Source: Amoebidium appalachense (lineage: Eukaryota > Protista > Ichthyosporea). From it: a stretch of 64,000 nt of DNA. The DNA lies in NCBI GenBank assembly GCA_963693365.1, contig CAVNZM010000002.1:12518328-12582327 (forward strand). Reading direction: 5' to 3'. Of this stretch, positions 32,601 through 42,100 are shown in pieces (within the stretch, counting starts at the first letter, position 1; each line of letters starts with the position of its first letter). Position numbers and translations under genes: made by a program. The notes under the pieces were generated by a model. It was not told the origin of the DNA. It worked only from the letters and a program-made list of their open reading frames with translations, and did no database searches.

Positions 32601-34756
32601 CGAGGGGGGTGAGATCTGTAATAATGTCACCATTACGGCTGTAGAGGAACGACGGGTGGTTGTCTGTATCGTCACAATGACCTAGGAGGCCGGCAGCTGA
32701 TGCCATGGAGGTAGACACGAGGAAAGACGGTGCCTCGGGTACGTAGTAAGCATTGATGCTGCACGGTGTTGGGTGGCCGTTGTAGTGCAGTGTCATGTTG
32801 ATGATGCCACGTTGTTTGGCATTGACTGTGCCGAGGCCGTGAATGGGGGTGGGAGGACACGGGGTAAGGGAGGAGAAATACTCCTTGATGGGGCAGATGT
32901 GTGCATTACAAGCACTGTCCCAGACGGGGTCGTTACTGTCAGGTGTGCCGGTGGAGGAGATGAGTGCAAATTTCACACTCTTGTCACCTTTCTCCTGCTT
33001 GGCACGACGAGCAACTGTGCAGCCAGGCTCCGGGCATGCTGTGATGTGGTGGGGCTCATGGCAGTAGGAACACTTCACACTGTTGGTGTTGTGCTGTCGG
33101 TTACGGTTGTCCCTGTTACCACGGTGGTAAGGGGAAGTTGAACGGGGGCCGGGTGACTTGGAGGGAGGACGAGGATCACGGGAACGGGACGGGGAACGGT
33201 GAGGTGTATGCTCACGTCGAGGAATACGGTTACGGAGGTCACCGGGGGGAAGCACTCTGCTCTGGAGTGCACGGAGGGGACGGTTGTTGACGGTTGCACC
33301 TGTGCCTGCGTCGATGAGGCCGGCACGGATTTCAGCTCCTCGGATGTCACTGATGAGCATGTTGAAGGACGGGTAGGCCTTGTTGTTCATCCAGTAGTCG
33401 GAGCAGAGACGTTCAATGTCGGGGCAGACCAGGGCTGTGTTCTTCCGGATGTGGAGGAAGAACTTACGTACGACATCCTTGTGCTGGACGGGTTCGTCGA
33501 GGCAGGCAAGTGTCGTAGCCAGACGTTGGAGACGGGTGAGGTATGCTGTGACGTTGGGGTAGTCTCGTAGTTCAAGCTCCTCGAAGGTGACTTGAATCTG
33601 GGTGACTCGGGCCTCCTTCTCTGCTACATACGCCATACGTAGGTTGTGGAAGACTTCACCACCGTGGACACCGTCTTGCATCCGGCCGGAGTCGTAGAGC
33701 TCGGTCGGGTGGACGGACTGGTTGAGGATCTGGTCGAGGACGTCGGAAGCTTTCTTGTAGGAGTCCTTGGTGGTGTAGCCTAGCCACTGGTTGGCTTCAG
33801 CGCCGTCAACCCACTGTGGCCTCTTGATAGCGTCAACGAATTTCTCGGCAATGGTGGTTCTAATGAACCGGTGAATGAGTGGCTCCCACTCGAAATAATT
33901 AAGACGTTTCTCGTCTCGTTTCTCGGACGGATTCCATATTGGAAGGTTGATATACGACGGTTTGTCAGTCATGATTGAAGCAGTAAGACTGAGAGATTTT
34001 CGCGGTTGTAGCGAGATTGTGTGTTAGCGTGCAAAGGGGCCGTAAACCTGTTATTTTGTGTGGGTAAACGGAGAAGCAGAGAGCACAGATGGGTGTTATG
34101 TAAAACACAACACAAAGACACACGGGAAAAACACAACCGGAGAGGAGGAACGATTTCTGGAACCATAGGAAGTGAATACGACTGCTTGTGATTTATTTCA
34201 AGATGAGGTCCCTTTTATACTTGGGAATGTGAAACGATAAACCAATCAAAAGAATGAAAACTATGAGTGTAAAATATATCGAATAAAATGTCTGTCGACA
34301 TTTAGAATATAAAACTCAATCCTCTAATGAAAGAAACTTCTAATAAAAGCACGGAAACATTTAATAAAATGAAACCACTTATGTAACTATTAATTCATAA
34401 CATATATTTATACATGTTCTTATCATAACACGTCTAAATATAATTATTCCTAATAGTTGAAGAACATAGCACAATGCTACGTCGTGGGAAAGGAATGAGA
34501 AAGGAATGTAAGTTACTATATTTGGGAAAATACAAACGAGATATGATTGGATGACATATATAGATTTTGACGCAAACGACAATACGTGTGCGCGAGCTAA
34601 GTATGTCGATACGTACACAGATCTAAGATGTCGTGTACACGGAAACGGAAAAGAAAGAAAGAAATGAAGAAAGGAAAAGGAAACAAACTACAACAACTAA
34701 TAAATAAATACCAAACTCAACTTCTAAGTCTTGCTGAGAATTAAGTGAAGATGACA
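28367..34756 (-). mobile_element. Full-length Ty1/copia LTR retrotransposon (Copia-2)
   Basis: LTRs 28367-29077 and 34049-34756 (TG...CA, a few differences); PBS GGTTTACGGCCC 34037-34048; PPT next to 29078; TSD CTTAC/TTTAC; the empty site is preserved at 17512-17516. Confidence 0.96.
29608..33972 (-). CDS. Copia gag-pol polyprotein (Gag, PR, IN, RT, RNase H), intact 1454 aa
   Basis: CSYCHEPHHITAC, WDSACNAH, LWHNRLGH, DSGSEF...NGVVER, LYGLKQA, YVDD, YSDADFA, STTEAE, CDNQS, KHIAVRYH, ADIFTK. Confidence 0.96.
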   Translation of the reverse strand: MTDKPSYINLPIWNPSEKRDEKRLNYFEWEPLIHRFIRTTIAEKFVDAIKRPQWVDGAEANQWLGYTTKDSYKKASDVLDQILNQSVHPTELYDSGRMQDGVHGGEVFHNLRMAYVAEKEARVTQIQVTFEELELRDYPNVTAYLTRLQRLATTLACLDEPVQHKDVVRKFFLHIRKNTALVCPDIERLCSDYWMNNKAYPSFNMLISDIRGAEIRAGLIDAGTGATVNNRPLRALQSRVLPPGDLRNRIPRREHTPHRSPSRSRDPRPPSKSPGPRSTSPYHRGNRDNRNRQHNTNSVKCSYCHEPHHITACPEPGCTVARRAKQEKGDKSVKFALISSTGTPDSNDPVWDSACNAHICPIKEYFSSLTPCPPTPIHGLGTVNAKQRGIINMTLHYNGHPTPCSINAYYVPEAPSFLVSTSMASAAGLLGHCDDTDNHPSFLYSRNGDIITDLTPLDGLYYITDYVIETPKHPGVQAYTARTQPPDDLTLWHNRLGHRALSTVTRMAKDELVIGMPPSLKSPDNSDCFGCMSGKTTKAPFPGTRSKFTIPGAKWHLDFFEAPCASYGGYKVALVCVCDATGYTTVFPLYNRGETLSHIQSLVETIERQTPEIVTHLRFDSGSEFTSKDTEAYCKQKGIIMEFAPVDTPQHNGVVERKMRELQETVRCFLHADKDQPLSPKLWVAALKHTSYIINVTPSSAANGNTPFEAFHGFKPDVSQLHVFGSPAYVHVPRSKRNKLASTVRVGTYVGWDLPSKAHKILDHASNQIKICRDVIFDESKFTGSTNQVSVPPKPDLPTLDPPSDDDDETPSVVISQPSWHNQPAPVEPVPPPSPLPTGQQPLLPAPPVAVHQPGYMTPVRPGSPTFHSATSSPVDTDAPLTTGPIPGFHAPIPASTTYPATTPLKDPPKPNLRRSTRLTKTPTALVSIVAPTINIDQLPKGIQKLCNGPNGDAVIAALTSEYQAFITKDVFTIVDPPPGANIIKFKWIVTEKVLNSAGDTKIKARGVAKGFTQVYGVDYGDTSSPVVMSSSVRALLAIGVDGNHEIHQLDVSTAFLNSPLQEDIYIEPPPGFITPGNEHKVWKLKKALYGLKQASLAWYEYFDKVLLAHGLERLRSDPCVYIKTFPNGDIILTGNYVDDVIIICTANSSHTKDLVDHIMKSALCKVDLPDIFLGTQLIHTPGHLKLLQQSYINDIVRDFNLNDAHPKATPIPVGTVITINENDSPPIKVPYRELLGRLLWVARCSRPDISFAIGYLGRFSANPTKLAWECLLRVVRYLIGTSNLGLHYDKSASDDNTPLLECYSDADFANCPNTRRSTPGYVIFFKGIPITWYSKLQSITATSTTEAELLAINAAVQNVIWHRDLLRELGYPMTDPTPVYCDNQSTIALLHTNSIKHRTKHIAVRYHNTKDYIKSGDVVVTYVSSKDNVADIFTKPLPGPSHEQHRDSLSLRD

Positions 34757-34969
34757 TTTACTCCCCTCCCCCTCACCTTTTTTTTTCGCACACCACATAC
34801 ACACACACACACACACACACCCTCCCCCCACCCACCCACCCACCCACCCACCCATACCCCCCCCCCCCCCCCCCCCACACACACACCCACCCCCACCCAC
34901 CCACCCACCCACCCACCCACGTACACACACACACCCATACCCACACACACTCACACACACCCACACACA

Positions 34970-35012
<43 letters not shown>

Positions 35013-35257
35013 ACGCACACTCACACACTCACACACACACACTCACACACTCACACACACACACTCGCTCACTCACACACACACACACGCACACACACAC
35101 ACAAAAAAAAAAAAAACACACACACACACACACACGCACACGCACCTGCTAGCTCCCACAGCTGTTCCAGAAATGCTTGTGCCCGCTGTTTCACCTGCCG
35201 GCAAAACTCTATCAGAACAACATGAATCACATTTTTATAAGCGAGGGATACAACCGG

Positions 35258-35298
<41 letters not shown>

Positions 35299-35519
35299 CG
35301 TGTGTGTGCGGCTGTGGGTGTGCGTGCGTGCGCTTACCTGCATGTGTGCCTGTGTGCATTTTAGGAAGGGGAGTGGGGGGGCCGGGGGGGAGGGGGAGGG
35401 GGGGGGGGGGGGTCTGTGGAAAATCGTTGCAGAAAGAGAACATAATCCCCTAATCCCCTGATAGTCTGAAAGCGTACATAGTCTGTTTACAACTGTTGTT
35501 CCTTCAGAGCTGGGTGGGG

Positions 35520-37020
35520 TTGGGGGTGGGATGGAGGACAGAGGGTAGTAGCAGGTGCTGAGGTTCCGTCGTGCCTCCCCCGTGTGGTTGCTGTGTCGTA
35601 GGCGCTCGATGGTCGTGCTGACACTGGAGGTGATGGCCGTGAAGTGGCCCAGCTTCTGGGAGTGGGCCAAGTACATGGTGCACAGCTTGGAGGCGGGCAG
35701 GGCCATGCTCAGGTCCCCGTACCGGCGTAGCACTTTGGCCCCGCTGTCCATGTCCACCACCACCAGCCGCAGGCGGGTGACTGACTCAGGCTGCTCGGCA
35801 ATGGCTGTGTTAAGGGGATCCACGGCTGCCCCCAGCTCATCCACCGTCAGGCCGTCCTCTGCAGGCACAGGCAGGTCGTACTTGGTCCACAGCACTCGGG
35901 TTGCCCTCACCAATCTCCGCAGGTAACGGTCTTGGTGGTGGCTCCTTGGATCTGTGGGGGGGAGTAGCAGGTTGCACACCCCACAGCCGGAAGATCTCGA
36001 CACCCCCAGGGTCGTGTTGCCGGCCCCCAACACCTCCTCCGGGGTCAGCAGGTGGCACAGCACGTGGTGGTCCTTGCGATCCATGAGGTTGCCCCCCTTG
36101 CCCAGCACCTTGCGTGTGTGCTCGGTGGGCAGGCTGGCCTGCTCGTTGCCATTGGCTGCCTTCTTCACCCACATCACCATGCTGTACAACAGGCACAGCT
36201 GGGCACAGTTGGGGCCGTAGGCAAAGCCGTGCAGCTGCTGGTGGTCGAGGGCCCTCTCCCCGGTCACCTGTGGGTCGTCGGTGCTGCAGGCAGCCTGCAC
36301 GAGGGCGGTCACATCCACCACGGCCTTGGCCTCCACCAGATCCTGCAGCCACTGTGCATTCACCCCCGTGGTGGTGGACAGGGACCCGCAGGCCCCCCTC
36401 CTCACCATGTCCTTGGGTCGGGCCACCGTCAGATGCACGGTGGATCTGCCGTCCATGAAGGTCTCGGCTGCACTCTGGGTGCGTTGCCGTATGTTCTCCA
36501 TCCGCTTGAGCACCACGGCGTTGACATCACCATTGAACACCTCCATGGGGCCGGCAGTAAACACACGACGGTTGGTCACGTCGGCGTTGGGGTTGCCATC
36601 ATCCCCCATCTGGTTGTCCACACCGTTGGCCTGCACGTGCAGGCTGATGATACGCACAATCAGCATGTCCCCCGCCTGCACATCTGCACGGGCCATGGCA
36701 TCGAACAGCATGGCTGCAAAAAACTGGGGGAACTCAGTCACGTCAAGGGTGCGCAGGGGTTGGTACTCGAGGGTGTGGCCACGCACACCCAGTCCCCGTG
36801 CCTGCATGTCATCTACACGGGAACGCAGTTGCCAGTTGCCCTCGGCCGGCATGGCAATGATCTGGGGGTCATCGGGGTGATTGATGGGGGCGGGGGCGGG
36901 GGGCTGGCCGGGGAGGGGGTGGGGGTGGGGGTGGTGGGGCCAACATGGCCTGCAGGAAGGGGTGGGCCTGCAGGACCTGCTGCGGGTCGGCATCCAGTGC
37001 CCGCAACAGATCATCTTCAA
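35520..37020 (-). pseudogene. Second copy of the pPolB N-terminal fragment
   Basis: Near-identical to 11690-13186. One extra C in the C-run near 36915 shifts the N-terminal frame; the frame reads on into captured host sequence. Confidence 0.7.
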
Positions 37021-39178
37021 ACTCTTCCTGGCTCTCGCTGAATATCTTGAATGGTAACCTTAGATCTCAGGCTGTAATCTTATAAATCTCAAGTATCAAT
37101 CTAATCGATGGTTGCTAGCCTGGCTGTGCCAGAGCAATGCCTCAATAAAAAACAGCATGCAAAATAACGTCTCTGTGCCTGTGTCTATTAAATCTCAAAG
37201 CCCAGTGAAATCTCAAAAGCAAAAATCTCTCCAAATCTCACGAAGCAGTACGCAAAAACAACAAATCTGTGCGCGTGTCTGGCCACCGCCGGCCGGCCGC
37301 CTCTGTTTACCAAAAACAATGAGCCATTCGCGGTCCTATTGGTCAGTTTCGGGATGGAATGTACAGATTTCGGCTTACGCGTTCTGATTGGTCAGTGTTC
37401 CGGCAAATTTGCTTTTTCGCCCAATTCCCATTGGGCGACTATTTCCATTGGTCAGTTTCCCATTGAATTCAGGATTCGAATTACCATTGGTCAGTTTTCG
37501 CCGGAATTCAGAATTCTCGCATTCCTTGGATCCGCAGCACCTGTACGTGTGCGCACCACATGTACGCGCACACGTACGCGTACACGTGTTCCGCCCTCTC
37601 TATTTAATTTTTTAATTAAAACCACGTGCGCTGCACGTGTTTTGCACACACACAGTGTGTGCACGTGCTCCTGTACATATATCCACCCATATCTCATATC
37701 CCATGTCGCGATATACACAGATATCACACACCTCATATCCACCTATGCCATATCTTTGGGGGCTGCGGGACCGTGTGGATGTGACATCACACCTGTGACG
37801 TCACATCCACGGGGTGCCGCGCCCCCATATGTAGTCCTATACTGCTGTGAGAGTGTGGGGGCATCTCCCTTTCGCGGAGTTTCTTGCTTGAGAAGTGGTT
37901 TCTTCAACGCTTGGTGGTCCACTGCAACCTATGGTAACTTCTACACGCTGTCTACGCTTCTACGCGACCTATTGGCGGTGGGCTGCTGCAATTTCTTCAG
38001 CTACTTCTGCGCCGCGTGAGTGGAGGGGCGGCTACTTGGTCGTCGGGGAGCTTTCCAAGGGACTGCCAGTCCTTAGCCTCCAATCGTATGGCAATGACCG
38101 GGTTTGCTTGCATGCATTCTGTAATTGTGTTTTTCTGTGTGTCCTGCCACAATTAGGCCACCTTATCAGAGAGCTAGATGCAGTTTCTCCGGGCTATCTA
38201 GGGGCCGGGCCCGTTGGGATTGTTTTTTAGCTCAGATTTGGTCTGCATTGCTCTTTTAGAGGCTGACTTGCTTGCTGTGCCTCGGTAGGTTTTGAGGGGG
38301 GCCTGTTGGGAAGGAGCAGTAATGATGCCTTCTTGCGGAGTGTGGTCTGGTCAACATTGATGCATATGACTATAGCTAGTTGGAGCAAACTACTTTCACG
38401 CATACACGTACACTTAAGCTTGTTTTGCCCGCTGGTGTCCTTATAATCACTTGTCGCTTTATTTATATTTCAGTTCTATTGGTGGTTATGTAGCCTGTGG
38501 CTGTACGTTGCCTTCATCAACGGATCAATAAACCCGAGTCAAGAGAAAACTTCCGAGCATTTTGATACCCCCCAGGGTCGTATTTACTAATTGGATGCCC
38601 GGTTTTCTAAATCGTAATTTGGGTCGATACGATTCGTAAGGCAAACCCTTGTTTCAGGCCTTCCACGGAAAAAAAAAAATTCCATAAAAGGTCTCGTTTT
38701 GGTTATAAGCGTTACGCCCGCAACAAAAGGCAGACTTTTATTGCGCACATTGCAAAAAAACAATTATGTCGGGTGTAGAATGTAATAATATATATCACCT
38801 TTCGAAGAACCGAGCCTTACTCAGAGGCGTTTTTCGTCATCGCATTCTCCAATAAACGGAACGAACTATGATTGGACAAAAGAGCACCATGTATGTATGT
38901 CTTCCAAGACTCGTTTCTTATGGACCACTTTGGATCTACTATTCAAAAATCGATCAATTTTTTGCTTCGCTCCAACACCCGAGGTTGGCCGCCATAGGGC
39001 CGTCGTTTGTCGGGCTGCCTGGCAGCGGCTCCAGCTGCCCGACGTAGAAGCTACTTCTGGCCAAGACAAACCCCTTTACGTAACAATATTTGCTTTTTCC
39101 TCAAAATGCTACACAGATGCTTTTTATTATAAATGATAATTTCTATCGTCTTAGTTATTTTGGGGTTTGCAGGCTTGT

Positions 39179-42100
39179 TGTCGAACAGGATAGCCATCCG
39201 GTATGCCCTGCGTTAGCGTAGCACTAGTGATCGGGAATATTCGAGATATTCGGGATAAACTGGTGGATAGGTTCACGATAGATCAGGATAGATCTAGAAG
39301 AGTCTAGAAGATTCTATTGGAGTGTTTTGATTGGTAGCGACTAGATCCACAGCGGCGGGTAGACCAATCGGGAATAGTATGTAACATTCCAGTTAGCCAG
39401 ACCACAAGTATATAAAGGTCCCGGCAGGCCAGTCAATGCAAGTCAGCAAATAATAAAGTCTCACAGAGAAACCTCTAAGTTACGGTTATGGGCCCAGTAC
39501 AACGCTACGATCAAGCGACTGTTGAGACAAGATGGGAAGAGCAAAATGTCCAGTTCCCATGTATGAAGGAGAAGGCAAGGGCAAAATATCCTACTCAATG
39601 TGGGCCATGCGCATGAAGTGCTTCCTCGAGGGCGAGGAATTATGGTACACGATTGAAGACGTGGCTCCTGAAGTGATAGGAGAGGACGGCGAACCGGTGG
39701 AGCAACCTCCGGTGGAGATCGACCCCTTGGATCAGAAGAAGGCGACTTCCTACCTGGTGGAGACACTAGGTGATGTACCTGCAAGCCTGTGTCGGCGAGC
39801 TATTGCCGTAGGAAATCCCAAGGACATATGGGATACGGTAGCATCATACGCTGCGCGCAACACAGATGAGCACAAGAGAATGTTGATTCAACAGTTCTGG
39901 CGTGCTGATATGATGCCGACGGAAAGCGTGCTGGAGTATGCGGCCCGTCTGGAGTGCATTGTGCAGGATCTTCTTCATATCGATCCCAATGGAGTTAGTG
40001 AGGACATGGTTGCCGAGAAATTCCTGGACGGTGTAGGCGCTGACGACCGATTCCGCACCGACGTTAGGACCATTCAAGCTTTACCAGCAGCTGAGAAGAC
40101 AATGGAAAAGATAATCGCCAAGCTGCGTGGTTTTGAGGAGAACGAGGCTGCAAGGGAACAGCAGCGGGTGATGATGACCAGCACCCAAGGGCGCGGCGGT
40201 ACGCCACGACAGGACACCGGCAAGCCGCGCGTGACTGACATATCCAAGGTGGAGTGTTACAAATGTCACAAGTTTGGGCACTACAAGTCACAGTGTCCAA
40301 AGAAGAAGAAGGGCGGCAATCGCGGCGACAAGGCGAAGCAGAACGGAGCTTCCAAGGAGCTCGCCATGGCGGTAAACAGCGGACTCCCTTCTTCAACTGA
40401 GTGGTATTGGGACTGCGGCGCAACCTCCCATGTCACATGCCGAAAGGACTGGATGGAAGACTTCCGGTCGATCACACCCAAACCCGTCGCTCTGGGTAAC
40501 ACCCCGGGTGTGATGGCGCTAGGAATAGGCGTCGTAAGATTAACAAGTGAGTTCCAGGGCAACAGCATGACATTTAGACTGCAGAATGTGCTGTACGTGC
40601 CAGCATTTGGAACTAACGTGATGTCGGCTTCAAGCGCCGGCAAGCACGGGTTAAGAGGCATCACCGACGGTCGACAGTGTACGATTGAGAGTGCCACAGA
40701 TGGCCAAGTTGTGGCCCGTGGGGTAGTGGAGGGAGGCCTGTATCGTCTCCTAGTGAAACCCGGATGTGAGAGCGTGAACATGGTGACCACTGCAGTCGGC
40801 AGCAGTGGGGGTAACACCGTGTGTGAGCCGGTAAAGGGCAGCGCCAGTTTATGGCACCGGCGGTTTGGTCATGTGGCAACAAACACGCTACAGAAAATGG
40901 CTAAAGAAAACATCGTCGAGGGTCTGTGCATCGACTGCAAACCCCAGGATGACGGTGTGTGCGAGGGATGCGCGAGAGGGAAGCAAGCCCGGCTCTCTTT
41001 CAGTAAGCTACCCCGCAAGACAGCGCCAGCGAAGCTCGACAGAGTTCATTCTGATGTGGCAGGACCGTTCAACAAGGAGTCGCTGCAAGGTTCCAAGTAT
41101 TATGTCACCTTCATCGACGACAAGACAAGGTTCACTACGGTGTACTTCATGAAACATAAATCCCAAGTGCATACTTACTTCAAGAAGTACAAGGCACACG
41201 TAGAGAAGCAACACGGTGCCAGCATCAAGATTCTGCGTTCCGACAACGGGGGTGAGTACACCTCCACTGAGTTCAAGTCGTTCCTGGAAGCGTGCGGCAT
41301 TGAACATGAGGCGACAGTCCCTTACACACCAGAGCAGAATGGTGTAGCAGAGAGGGCTAACAGGACCATTGTCGAGACGGCGCGCTGCATGCTGCAGTCA
41401 GCAGGCATGAGTATGGGGTTCTGGCAGCTGGCAGTACAGGCAGCTGTGTACATCAAGAACCTGACGCCAACCACAGTACTGGGTGGCATGACACCTTGGG
41501 AGGCATGGTATGGAGAGAAGCCCGATGTTAGCCATCTACGTGTATTTGGTAGCAAGGCATTTGTCCATGTGCCGAAGGACGAGCGCAGGAAGCTAGACGC
41601 CAAGAGTCGGGAGTGTAAATTCGTCGGCTACACAGGTGACAGCAAGACGTACTTGTTGTGGGACACCGAGGCGCGCAAGACTATCGTCGGGCGAGATGTG
41701 GTGATCGATGAATCATGCACCCCAAAGGCCGGTATTCCGGTGGTGCAAGATGAGCCAATGGAATTGCTGATGCATAAGCCAATCGGAAATCAGCAGAGCT
41801 TGGAATCGAGAGATCCAATCAGCGCCAAGAAGCAACATTCCTTTCGGAAGCCTGCAATCGGCACTGACAGTGGATATGATTCAGATGCTATCGGCGACGG
41901 CGCGGGCGAGGACAGCGGCGATTCGGACGCGGCAGGGTCAGGAGACGAGGAAGATAGTGCAGAGTTGCAGGTTGCAACCAGAAGTGCCTATCCGTCTATG
42001 ACTACAAGGCGCGGTGGGACCTACGGCATCAACGCAGGTGTAGTAGAGTACCGCGACAGTATCAGCATGGCAATTGAGAGTGCTGATAGCAATGAGGATG

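Larger units (their letters stand above)
28192..35194 (-). pseudogene. Duplicated phosphatase exons in the right arm (35146-35194 and 28192-28312)
   Basis: Copies of exons 17079-17127 and 17566-17686; Copia-2 lies in the intron between them. Confidence 0.7.
28150..37834 (-). repeat. Right inverted arm (interrupted by Copia-2 at 28367-34756)
   Basis: Matches the left arm with only scattered substitutions and microsatellite length changes; carries the empty site for the Gypsy insertion (AACCCCACCCAGC on the minus strand). Confidence 0.92.
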
